DNA from: Treponemataceae bacterium
GTDB lineage: Bacteria; Spirochaetota; Spirochaetia; Treponematales; Rectinemataceae
Length of the DNA: 64,000 nucleotides
Direction: 5' to 3'
Assembly: GCA_963678065.2 (NCBI GenBank)
Contig: CAXXVZ010000004.1
Coordinates: 352,001 to 416,000, forward strand
The translations under genes were made by a program, and so were the position numbers. Shown one piece after another: positions 27,312-36,208 of this stretch. The notes beneath the pieces were generated by a model, which made no database searches, was not told where the DNA came from, and saw only the letters and a list, made by a program, of their open reading frames with translations. Numbering within the stretch: the stretch's first letter is position 1; each line of letters begins with the position of its first letter.

Positions 27312-28243
27312 GCGCCGCATTCTGCTAGGGAAGCCAAGAGGTTGTCGACGGCCACCTCGGTGGCCCGGTCTATGCTCTGGTCGGTGAAGCCTCCGATGTG
27401 GGGCGTGGCGATGACGCGCGGGTGCAGCGGAATTTCGAAGCTCGCGGGCGGCTCGCGGTCGAAGGCGTCCACGGTGTACCAGCTCACTTTTCCGGAATCG
27501 AGGGCCGCTCTCATAGCCTGCCAGTCCACGACCGATTCGCGCGCCGTGTTGACGATGACAGTGCCTTTTTTCATGGAGTCGAGTGCAGCCGCGTCGACGA
27601 TGGCGTCGCCGTCCGCCCGGGGAGGACAGTGGAGGCTCAGGACATCGGCGGCGGCGAAGACGGAAGCCAGGTCGGCCCAGACGAAATCCGCCGAAGGAGC
27701 GAAGGAGGAATCGGGGTATGGATCGCAGGCGAGCACCTTCATCCCGAAGGCGAGCGCGAAGCGGGCGACGGTCTTGCCGATCCGGCCGCAGCCCACGAGG
27801 CCAAGGGTCTTTCCCTCGAGCTCGAATCCTTTTTCCCGCGTCCACATGCCCGCCCTTAACGCCGCGGCGGAGAGGGGAATCCTTCTCGCCGCCGAGAGGA
27901 TGTGCCCGAAGGCGAGTTCGGCGACGCCGCGCGCATTGGCCCCCTCCGCGCGCCGCACGATGATCCCTGCGGCCTGTGCCGCCGTGAGGTCGATGTTGTC
28001 GACGCCGGTGCCGTTCCGGGAGATGACTTTCAGGTCTTTTGCGATGGCGATGAGGCCTGAGTCGATTTTTTCCACGCCGGCGAGCCAGCCTACGGCGCCG
28101 CCGAGCACAGCCGCGAGCTGCCCGGAGGTCGGCTGGACTCCGGGAGCGGGAAACACGAGGCCGTATCCGGCCGACCTGATTCTTTCCAACAAAGGATGGC
28201 CGCCCGAGGAGAGGGAGCGCGGAGTGACGATGACGGTTTTCAT
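27308..28243 (-). CDS. D-isomer-specific 2-hydroxyacid dehydrogenase (phosphoglycerate dehydrogenase-like)
   Basis: GTGVDNID, GLVGCGRIG, SLHCP, VNTAR, TPHIGG. Confidence 0.9.
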   Translation of the reverse strand: MKTVIVTPRSLSSGGHPLLERIRSAGYGLVFPAPGVQPTSGQLAAVLGGAVGWLAGVEKIDSGLIAIAKDLKVISRNGTGVDNIDLTAAQAAGIIVRRAEGANARGVAELAFGHILSAARRIPLSAAALRAGMWTREKGFELEGKTLGLVGCGRIGKTVARFALAFGMKVLACDPYPDSSFAPSADFVWADLASVFAAADVLSLHCPPRADGDAIVDAAALDSMKKGTVIVNTARESVVDWQAMRAALDSGKVSWYTVDAFDREPPASFEIPLHPRVIATPHIGGFTDQSIDRATEVAVDNLLASLAECGA

Positions 28244-28253
28244 GCGCCGCTCC

Positions 28254-28826
28254 TCACCTGATTTCCGGTTTACCGTCGATTTCCAGGACGCGTCTGAGGA
28301 ATCCTTCCTTCTCGATGTCGCCATAGTTGTGCCCCGCCTCGGCGTTGTAGGAGCAGAAGGAGATGAGCGGCTCGGCGCCGGTGTTGACCGAGCGGTGGGC
28401 CCAGTAGGGCGGGCAGTAGACCATGGCGCCGCGGTGGAAGAGCTGGGACGCAAACTGGCCGTCTGCCGTCTTCATGAGCATGAAACCTCTGCCCCGGAGG
28501 CAGAGGTAGAGCTCTCCCGTGTGGGAGACGGTGTGGTAGTGGCCCTTGGTCATGAAGTATTCGTCGCCGACCTTTCCGGGAAGGAGCTTCGAGATGCAGA
28601 AGAAAATGTGGCCGTACTCTTCGGGGGGAAGACATTCGAAAACTTCGTAGTGGAGAGGGTCGCCATCAGCGATGATCCTCTCCAGGGCCGCCGCGTCGCG
28701 GTAGTGCCCGCGCATGTCCGAAGCCCTGCGCGCGGTATAGTTTTTGGGATTCTTCATGATCCCTTCCTCGAGATCGAACTCGACGGAATAGGGCTGTATC
28801 AGACTCGTTCCTTTTACCAGTTCCAT
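28254..28826 (-). CDS. Cupin-type (archaeal-like) glucose-6-phosphate isomerase family protein
   Basis: EYFMTKGHYH, ELYLCLRG, PYWAHRSVNTG, GHNYG. Confidence 0.88.
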   Translation of the reverse strand: MELVKGTSLIQPYSVEFDLEEGIMKNPKNYTARRASDMRGHYRDAAALERIIADGDPLHYEVFECLPPEEYGHIFFCISKLLPGKVGDEYFMTKGHYHTVSHTGELYLCLRGRGFMLMKTADGQFASQLFHRGAMVYCPPYWAHRSVNTGAEPLISFCSYNAEAGHNYGDIEKEGFLRRVLEIDGKPEIR

Positions 28827-28867
28827 GCTTTCCTCCATGCAGTGTGCGCGAACTACCGGACAGCCTG

Positions 28868-29821
28868 TCAGCGAGCCGAGGCCGCGATCGCGCTGAGTGC
28901 GTCGAATCCGGGGCCGCTCGTCGGGATGTCGATGTGGAAGACCTCCGCGATGACGCGGGTCCAGCCGTGTATGAAGTAGACCCAGCCATCCTCGATGCGC
29001 AGGCCCCGGCTTCCCTTCTGTGCCCGGGCCTGGTCCAGGAAGACGAGCTCGCCGCGGTAGTTGTACTCCCAGACGATTCCGTTCTCGGGGAAGACGGCCG
29101 AGTCGGAGAGGGGGGAGCCGGGCGCATCCTTGCCCAGTCCTGTCGCGTTCACGACGAGGGATCCGGCCCTGAGCCCGGCGACGATCCTGTCGTTGTCGGC
29201 CGCCTTCGGCGCGAGAACGTACTCGACCGGAATGCCGGGGTTGATCTGCGCATGGATGTGCCTCATCTCCTCGAGGCGCGGCGCGCTGCGGTTGGTCACG
29301 ACGAGTTTCGAGGGCCACTCGTCGCGAGGTTTCTGCTTCATGATGTAGGCAGAGAGGGCCAGGGAGGAGCCCCCCGCGCCGAGGATGCAGAGCTCGGCGC
29401 CAGTCTTTTTCCAGTAGCCGGCGGGAATGAAGGCGTCGAGGGAGTAGCCTGACGTGAAGGGATCCTTGGCGTGGCCGCAGAGCATCCCGTCCTTCTTGGA
29501 GATGCTCGAAATTTCCCCGAGCAGCTGCGCGTAGGGATCGAGGTAGCCGAAGCGGTCCTGCGCCGCCGCGAGGAGGTCGATCTTGTGAGTGGTGACGAGG
29601 GCGCCGAGGGAGAGCGGATCGTTTTTTATGAAATCGACGACGGCGCGGTAGACCGCAGGATCGTCGTGCCATTTGCAGTCGATCCCCTTTATCGGGACAT
29701 CGCCGAGGCCCAGATGCTCCGCCCACTTCGGGAAGACTTTCATGATCGACGATTTGCCCGTCGTCATGCCGATGAAATAGAAGCTCGGCCTGTCAGCCGC
29801 CACGAGATCCGAAACCGTCAT
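28868..29821 (-). CDS. Shikimate dehydrogenase-like oxidoreductase
   Basis: GALVTTHK, ILGAGGS, VTNRS, VVNATGLG. Confidence 0.75.
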   Translation of the reverse strand: MTVSDLVAADRPSFYFIGMTTGKSSIMKVFPKWAEHLGLGDVPIKGIDCKWHDDPAVYRAVVDFIKNDPLSLGALVTTHKIDLLAAAQDRFGYLDPYAQLLGEISSISKKDGMLCGHAKDPFTSGYSLDAFIPAGYWKKTGAELCILGAGGSSLALSAYIMKQKPRDEWPSKLVVTNRSAPRLEEMRHIHAQINPGIPVEYVLAPKAADNDRIVAGLRAGSLVVNATGLGKDAPGSPLSDSAVFPENGIVWEYNYRGELVFLDQARAQKGSRGLRIEDGWVYFIHGWTRVIAEVFHIDIPTSGPGFDALSAIAASAR

Positions 29822-29825
29822 GATC

Positions 29826-31526
29826 CTAGTCCTCCTTGTCGTCGGGGAAACCCGCGAGAGCCCCGAGCAATCGCTCGTATTGCGCGAAACGGCGCGAGTA
29901 CAGGTCCTTTCTGTCCACGCGCGGCTCGACGGTCTCATCGAATCCGAGCCAGCCGCGCGCGAGCTCCGCCAGCTTTCCGGAACGCGCTTCCGGCCCGGAA
30001 CCTGTTCCGCCGGCGCGCCCCGCTGTCGAGACGGCGTATGCGGCGAGCATGGCCGCGCCCTCAGGCGCCCCGCCCGAGCCCCGGACCGCCCTGAAGGAAA
30101 GACCAAGAATATCAGCCTTGGTCGAGGTCCAGGCTCCGCTCTTTGCGCCGCCACCCGTAATCCGGACTTCCCGGAGCGCGAGCCGCGGATAGAGCCGGCG
30201 GATAGCCGAGAGGTAGACTGAGTATTCGAAGGCTGCCCCCTCGAGGACGGCGCGGTAGAGCCGGTCGAGACCGTGACTCCAGCGCAGGCCCGCCCAGGCG
30301 CCGCGCATTCCCGGATCGCTCGGCATCACCCTTCCCTCGAGGTGGGGAATGAACCAGGGATCGTCTGCCCTGGGTTCAAGTCTGCGGACGAGGGCGTCGA
30401 GATCGTCGAAATCGACGGATCGCCCGCCCGAGGCTCCGGCGCCAGACGCTCCGGCACCCGAGACCCCGGCACCCGACGCTCCTGCTCCCGAGACTCCGGC
30501 ACCCCCCGACGCTCCGGCGCCTGCCGCGCCTGCCTGGAGAGCGGGATCGCCCCGTGAGATGTCCACTCCGGAGGCGATCATGCCAGCGAACCAGAGAATG
30601 TTCATGCCGCCGCCGTTGATGTATGCGTAGGGATGCCAGAGCCCAGGCACGGCGGAACGCCCTATTCCCATGACGCCGGCACAGAGATCGGGGACGAAGG
30701 AAGAACTCGTCGTCGCGAAGACCGAAGCCGTGCCGGCGACGTCGACGCAGACGCCCGGCTCGGTGGCCCCGCAGGACAGGAAGGAGGCCGCCGTATCGCC
30801 GAGACCCGCGGCCACGGGCGTGCCCGCAGCGAGGCCGGAGAGCGCGGCAGCCCCGGCGCTGACTGTCCCGACAATTTCGGAAGGCGCCGCGATGCGCGGC
30901 AGCTTGGCCGGATCGACGCCGAATTCGCGGCAGAGCTCCGGGTCCCATTTTCCCGCAGCGTTGTCCGCGAAGCCGGAAAAATGCAGATAGGTATCGTCGA
31001 CATACGCGTTGTCGATGCCGAGGCCGCAGAGCCGCATCGCCGCGTAGGACCCGGGCTGGACGAAGGCGCGTATGTTCGCGTACACGGAAGGATGTTCGTG
31101 TTTCCAGTACAGGATCTTGGGGCCTTGGTTGAAGCTCGGCGCGTTGCCCGTCTTCGCGAGGACTTCGGCGCCTGCGCCCTTCTTCATCCGCTCGATCCAG
31201 GGCGAGCAGCGGGTGTCGAGCCAGGAATCGTAGGGCGTGAGCGCGCGGGCATCGTCGCCGACGCCGATGGTCCCGGCCATCTGGCCGTCTATCGCCACGC
31301 AGGCTATCGCGCCGGGATCAATCTTCGCCGACTCGATGCAGGCTTTGAGTGTCGTACAGACCGAGGCGAACTGCCGCTCGGGGTCCTCCTCCACCATGCC
31401 GGGGCCAGGCCTGCGCAGCTCGGAGGGACAGAAGGCCTCGGCGGCCAGCCGTCCCTCCTGCGAGTAGATCGCTGCCTTCGTACCCTGTGTCCCGATGTCG
31501 ACGCCCGCGAAAAAAACCTCGTCCAC
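29826..31526 (-). CDS. FGGY carbohydrate kinase (xylulokinase-like) with a Gly/Ala repeat insertion
   Basis: GVDIGTQGTK, DGQMAG, WLDTR, GDTAA, RAVLEG, ITGGGAKS; GTG start after GAGGAG. Confidence 0.88.
   Translation of the reverse strand: MDEVFFAGVDIGTQGTKAAIYSQEGRLAAEAFCPSELRRPGPGMVEEDPERQFASVCTTLKACIESAKIDPGAIACVAIDGQMAGTIGVGDDARALTPYDSWLDTRCSPWIERMKKGAGAEVLAKTGNAPSFNQGPKILYWKHEHPSVYANIRAFVQPGSYAAMRLCGLGIDNAYVDDTYLHFSGFADNAAGKWDPELCREFGVDPAKLPRIAAPSEIVGTVSAGAAALSGLAAGTPVAAGLGDTAASFLSCGATEPGVCVDVAGTASVFATTSSSFVPDLCAGVMGIGRSAVPGLWHPYAYINGGGMNILWFAGMIASGVDISRGDPALQAGAAGAGASGGAGVSGAGASGAGVSGAGASGAGASGGRSVDFDDLDALVRRLEPRADDPWFIPHLEGRVMPSDPGMRGAWAGLRWSHGLDRLYRAVLEGAAFEYSVYLSAIRRLYPRLALREVRITGGGAKSGAWTSTKADILGLSFRAVRGSGGAPEGAAMLAAYAVSTAGRAGGTGSGPEARSGKLAELARGWLGFDETVEPRVDRKDLYSRRFAQYERLLGALAGFPDDKED
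30427..30519. repeat. Degenerate 15-bp tandem repeat (6 units) encoding (SGAGA/V)n
   Basis: cccgaggctccggcg, ccagacgctccggca, cccgagaccccggca, cccgacgctcctgct, cccgagactccggca, (ccc) cccgacgctccggcg. Confidence 0.8.
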
Positions 31527-31554
31527 CTTTGTCTCCTCGCTCTTTTCTTCGGTC

Positions 31555-32592
31555 TCAGTCGAAGGCGAATCCGGTCTTGAGTCCGACACCGCGGACGGAG
31601 AGATCGAAGGCCGCGGCGGCCTCTCCGATGCCGAAACTCGCGGTGAGGATGTTCGCGACCGGTATCAGCCCCTGGCGGATGAGGTCGAGGCAGGTCCGGT
31701 ATTGCCTGAGGTTCTGCCTGCTCGTCCCGGTGACCGTGATCATCTTGTAGTGGATGACGTTCGTGTCGAGAGGAACGATCTCCTTGCCCGCAGGCAGACC
31801 GCCGAAGAAGATGACGCGCGCGTTGAGTCCCGCGAGTTTGAAGGCAGCCTGCTGGACGGCCGGGACGGAGGCGGCGGTCACGACGATGTCGGCGCCCCTG
31901 CCTCCGGTGAGCGCGAGGACCTTCTCCTTCACACCACCCGGCCCGATCGTCACGAAGAACGGATCTTCGTTTTTGCAGACGGCGAGCCGCTCCTCGTTCA
32001 TGTCGTTGATCATGACGAGGCCGGCGCCCGCCATCTTGTAGACCTTCGCGTGCATGAGGCCGATGGGACCGGCACCGATGACGAGAACCGATTCGCCGGG
32101 CCTCACCTGCGAGCGTTCGAAGGAATTGTACACGCAGGACAAAGGCTCGGCCATCGCGGCCTCCGCGAAGGAGACGGAGTCCCCTATCGGGGAGAGGTTG
32201 CCCTGGGTCACCGCCGCGGCGGGAATGAGGACATATTCGGCGAAGCCGCCGTCCATGGTCACGCCGATGGCCGAAAGCGCAGCGCAGAGATGGGTGTCCC
32301 CCGCGACGCAGCGGTCGCAGACGCCGCAGCCGAAGTTCGGCGCGACTGCGACCCGCATGCCGGGAGCGTAGCCTCTGACGCCTTCTCCGATCGCCGCGAT
32401 GGTTCCGGCGAACTCGTGTCCGAGCGTGAGCGGGAGGTTTTTCGCGCCGTTCCTGAACATCCGCACGTCGGTGCCGCAGATGAGAGCCGCCCCCGTCCTG
32501 AGGAGAATCTCTCCCGCGCCCGGCTCCGGCACGGGCAGCTCGACGACGCGCAGATCGTCCGGGCCGAAAAGTCTGATTGCCTTCATGTTCAT
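31555..32592 (-). CDS. Zinc-dependent sugar-alcohol dehydrogenase (MDR family)
   Basis: ICGTD, LGHEFAG, CGVCDRC..HLC, EPLSC, GAGPIG. Confidence 0.92.
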   Translation of the reverse strand: MNMKAIRLFGPDDLRVVELPVPEPGAGEILLRTGAALICGTDVRMFRNGAKNLPLTLGHEFAGTIAAIGEGVRGYAPGMRVAVAPNFGCGVCDRCVAGDTHLCAALSAIGVTMDGGFAEYVLIPAAAVTQGNLSPIGDSVSFAEAAMAEPLSCVYNSFERSQVRPGESVLVIGAGPIGLMHAKVYKMAGAGLVMINDMNEERLAVCKNEDPFFVTIGPGGVKEKVLALTGGRGADIVVTAASVPAVQQAAFKLAGLNARVIFFGGLPAGKEIVPLDTNVIHYKMITVTGTSRQNLRQYRTCLDLIRQGLIPVANILTASFGIGEAAAAFDLSVRGVGLKTGFAFD

Positions 32593-32638
32593 CCCGTTCT
32601 CCTTAGTTTTCGGTCCAGTTTTTTTCAGTCCAGTTTTT

Positions 32639-33661
32639 TCAGTCCAGCCTGACGGGCCGCTTCTCGACTATCGAACGGTTGCCCGCGTTGACGACGCGCA
32701 CCGCCTCGAGCCCGTCTTTGCCGCTGACCTCAGGCTCGGTGTCCGCGAGGACGCAGGCCGCGAAGGAGGCGTCCTCTTCCTTGTACGCTTCGATGAAGAG
32801 ATTGCGCCAGCTCTTGACCGCGGGGCTCACGATGTCGGCCCCCGTCGAGCAGACGACCACGGAGGAATCCGCGAGCCCGCCGACGAAGAGGACGCCCTTC
32901 GTTCCGAGAACCTCGAGCCGGGCGTCGTAGCCGTAGCCCACAGACACGGCGCCGTCGATGCAGCCCTGCATGCCGTTCGCGAAGCGCGCGTTCATGACGA
33001 CATTGTCGTAGAAATCGGGATAGCGTTCCCGCGCCTCTGGGCAGCGGTAATTCCCGGCGATCGCGTAGACCTCCGCGATGTCGCTGCCGGCGAACCAGCG
33101 CAGGGTGTCGATGTCGTGGCTGTTGACTTCGGCCAGGGGGCCGTTGCTCTTCGCGATGTCGTACATCCAGGCTTGCGGGACGCTGGGGCCGCGGGTGAGC
33201 GACTTCACAAGGACGACGTCGCCGATGCGCCCTTCGTCCACGGCCGCCTTGGCCTGCCGGAAGTTGCGGTCGAAGCGGCGCATGAATCCGATCTGAAGCT
33301 TGACCTTCGCCGCAGCGCAGGCCTCGTCCATGACGCGACACTCGTCCGCGTCCATGGCCATCGGCTTCTCGCACAGGACATGCTTGCCGGCAGCCGCGGC
33401 GGCGAGAACTATTTCCCTGTGGTAGACAGTCGGGGTGACGACGACGACAGCGTCGATATCCGGATCGTTCATCGCGTCGCGGTAATCCCTGTATCCCCTG
33501 TCCAGCCCGAGCTCGCTCTTCGCGGACTCAAGCGCATCTTCGAATGGGTCGACCATGGCGACGAGCTTCGCCCCCTCGATGCCCGCGGCGAAATTGCGGG
33601 CGTGGATGAGCCCCGCCCTTCCCGAACCTATGACCGCCACTCCGAGCTTCCCACTCTTCAT
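32639..33661 (-). CDS. Gfo/Idh/MocA oxidoreductase (inositol 2-dehydrogenase-like)
   Basis: IGSGRAG, LCEKPMA, GFMRRFD, SHDID, GYDARLEV. Confidence 0.9.
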   Translation of the reverse strand: MKSGKLGVAVIGSGRAGLIHARNFAAGIEGAKLVAMVDPFEDALESAKSELGLDRGYRDYRDAMNDPDIDAVVVVTPTVYHREIVLAAAAAGKHVLCEKPMAMDADECRVMDEACAAAKVKLQIGFMRRFDRNFRQAKAAVDEGRIGDVVLVKSLTRGPSVPQAWMYDIAKSNGPLAEVNSHDIDTLRWFAGSDIAEVYAIAGNYRCPEARERYPDFYDNVVMNARFANGMQGCIDGAVSVGYGYDARLEVLGTKGVLFVGGLADSSVVVCSTGADIVSPAVKSWRNLFIEAYKEEDASFAACVLADTEPEVSGKDGLEAVRVVNAGNRSIVEKRPVRLD

Positions 33662-33689
33662 CGTCGCTCTCCTTGCAGTTTATATTATC

Positions 33690-33718
33690 ACTTTATGTTG
33701 TTTAATAGCATTTGTCAA
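33690..33718 (-). promoter_or_regulatory. Sigma70-like promoter of the 33661-24818 operon
   Basis: Minus strand TTGACA, N17, TAAAGT, followed by an AAGGAG RBS. Confidence 0.55.
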
Positions 33719-33920
33719 GCTTTTATTTTCATTATACTATCTCTTTGACGATTCAGTTGCGCAAAACAACAACGCAGGGCAAAGCACGGATTCTGAGCGG
33801 CCGGGACAATACGGACACAACACAGAACCTCATGCTGAAGCCGCTACCGGAACCGCGGATTTCCTTTGCGGTCCCGGCCAATCAGAGAAAGGAATTGTCC
33901 TGTCGCGGGCGACGAAACCT

Positions 33921-34781
33921 TCAGGCCAGCCTTCCCCTGACAAACTCGAGCGCCAGGCGGGCCTCGTGATCCAGATCGCAGTCGGGCATCAGGGAACGCC
34001 AGACCTTGATGTCCCGGCCGACCTCGCCGCCGGGCATGAGGAAGGGCTCCATGACGATGGCTCCGCCATACCGCATGTCCCGGAGGGTGCGGCCGATGCC
34101 GTCCCAGGGAATGTGGCCGTAGCCCGGCGGCTTGCGGTTGTTCTCGCCAATGTGCAGATGGCCCAGCGCCGGCCCGGCTTTCTGTATCGCGGCGCAGATG
34201 TCGTCCTCCTCGATATTCATGTGGTAAGTGTCGAGGAGCATTTTCAGGTTCGGACTCCCGACCCTGCCGAGATACTCGAGCGCCTCGTCGCAGGTGTTGA
34301 GCATGAACTGCTCGAAGCGGTTGACCACCTCCACGTTGAAGACGACATTGTTGTCCTCGGCGGCCACGATCGCCTCCTTCATGCTGTCGACACTCCGGGC
34401 CAGGCTTGCGGCCTTGTCCTCCCCCGGCTCCAGGGTCGACGGCCATGAGCCGTACAGAATCCCCGACAGTTTTCCGCCCCCCATCTCTCCTATCGCGCCG
34501 GCCATCTCCTTGAGGAAGGCGACTCCGCCGCGCCTGATGGCGGCGTTTGCGCTCGAGACATCGTGCTTCGCGGTGAGCCCGATACAGTAGCTGAGCTCGA
34601 TGCCCCGATCCTGTGCGGCACGCTTCAACTCGCGCCTGGCCGCCTTCGACATGAGCGCGATCGTGCCTCCGTTGACTTCGAGAATATCGAAGCCGAGCCC
34701 GGCGACTTTGTGCACGTACGGCACAAAATCGGCGTCCCAATCGTGGGTCCAGTAGGCGTAATAGATGCCGACTTTGTTCAT
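33921..34781 (-). CDS. D-psicose/D-tagatose 3-epimerase family protein (paralogue of 17269)
   Basis: GIYYAYW, EVVNRFE, DTYHMNIEE, HIGENNR, MEPF. Confidence 0.9.
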   Translation of the reverse strand: MNKVGIYYAYWTHDWDADFVPYVHKVAGLGFDILEVNGGTIALMSKAARRELKRAAQDRGIELSYCIGLTAKHDVSSANAAIRRGGVAFLKEMAGAIGEMGGGKLSGILYGSWPSTLEPGEDKAASLARSVDSMKEAIVAAEDNNVVFNVEVVNRFEQFMLNTCDEALEYLGRVGSPNLKMLLDTYHMNIEEDDICAAIQKAGPALGHLHIGENNRKPPGYGHIPWDGIGRTLRDMRYGGAIVMEPFLMPGGEVGRDIKVWRSLMPDCDLDHEARLALEFVRGRLA

Positions 34782-36208
34782 CGCTCGCCTCCGTCAAAAA
34801 CATCGGATCCGATGCCGAGGATCCTCGCGAGCATGAGGAGCTCGCGGACATGGTCGCCGTATACGCCGTGGATGTGGTTGCAGGGAAAGTGGTTCAGGAA
34901 ATAGCCGGCTGAAGACTTAAGGCGTGCGAAGGCGACGGGCCATTCCGGAGTCACGGTCGAGGCCTTCCGGAGCGCGACATCCCGGGGAAATTCGACAAAC
35001 GCGCCCGGCACTATGGAGAGTCGGTAGACGCCATCCTTCCTCGCGAGGCGCGCGAGAGTAACCTCGCCGGGAGCCGCGAAGTGCTGCACCGAGGCGCCGC
35101 CGGCCGGATAGTAATTCTTTTCCGGATAAAACGTGACGTTCCGGAGATTCACGGCGGGATCGGCCGATCTTCCGGCGAACCAGGTCGCGTGGGTGCCTGA
35201 GTTCGAGAAGTACCATACATCGTCTTCGCTGTCATAATGGCGGACATCCGCAAACAGGACGGGTTGGCCGGTGATCAGTTTCAGGAACTGCATGGTGAGG
35301 GCCCCGTCCATGTCCGCCTCCGTCGCCGCGACGATGGGCTCGTGGGCGCCGTCCCAGTCGTAGGGATCGTTGAGGAAGGCCTCCGCGATATCCATGGTCG
35401 CGAAGCTCTCCGTCAGGTCCCCGTGAGCCTTTATGCCGATGAAATCGAGGCCGCGCTCGTCGATGATCCGTCTGAGCGCGTAGTAGGACCGGATCTGCGT
35501 CCTGAGTTTTTCGGGCGTGAGGCCCGAACCGTCGTACCGTATTTCGCCCACGTTTTTTTCGAGCCAGGCGAGAGCGGCATCGACCCTGGAAGAATCGACT
35601 TCCTCCGAATACCGCACGATGTCATGCTGCTCGACATGCTCGACATCGACGCCGAAATCCCGCATCCACTGATCGAGGGCGCTGACCGCCGTGTACATGC
35701 CCATGGGTCTGCCGCCGAAAAGCCCGAAGGTCTGTCCCTTCACCCGGGAGACGGCGGCCGCCGTCCGGACAAAGCGCATGACCGCCGCGAGCACCTCCGG
35801 TTCGCGTATGTCGCCCCAGAGGCGCTCATGAGTGAGGGCCAGTTGGTCGAGCGTTCCTGCTGCGGCGAGCATGCCGACCATTCCCGGCTCCGAGGGATTG
35901 ATGTTGCAGAACACGAGGAAGGGACCGGGCGCGAACTTCGACGCGAGCGCCGTCAGGTGGGGGTAGCACCAGATGGCGTAGTTGAAGATCGTGAGCTCGA
36001 CCCCGGCGGAGCGGAGCCGCTTGGACTCGGCGACTGCGGCCCTGTTGTCGGAAATGATCCTGTCGCCCGTCACGACTTCGACGAGCCCCGTGGATTCGAG
36101 CGCGCCTTTAAGTCTGTCCTGGTATCCTCTCGTCACGGGGAGAAGTTCTTCGTGCAGATAGCTCCGCCCGTCGGAAAAAGTCAGGATTCCCACTTTGATT
36201 TTATCCAT
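34778..36208 (-). CDS. L-fucose/D-arabinose isomerase family protein
   Basis: FGGRPMGMYT, AEAFLNDPYDWDG, TEADMDG, VLFADVRH, TLARLAR, CNHIH. Confidence 0.88.
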   Translation of the reverse strand: MDKIKVGILTFSDGRSYLHEELLPVTRGYQDRLKGALESTGLVEVVTGDRIISDNRAAVAESKRLRSAGVELTIFNYAIWCYPHLTALASKFAPGPFLVFCNINPSEPGMVGMLAAAGTLDQLALTHERLWGDIREPEVLAAVMRFVRTAAAVSRVKGQTFGLFGGRPMGMYTAVSALDQWMRDFGVDVEHVEQHDIVRYSEEVDSSRVDAALAWLEKNVGEIRYDGSGLTPEKLRTQIRSYYALRRIIDERGLDFIGIKAHGDLTESFATMDIAEAFLNDPYDWDGAHEPIVAATEADMDGALTMQFLKLITGQPVLFADVRHYDSEDDVWYFSNSGTHATWFAGRSADPAVNLRNVTFYPEKNYYPAGGASVQHFAAPGEVTLARLARKDGVYRLSIVPGAFVEFPRDVALRKASTVTPEWPVAFARLKSSAGYFLNHFPCNHIHGVYGDHVRELLMLARILGIGSDVFDGGER

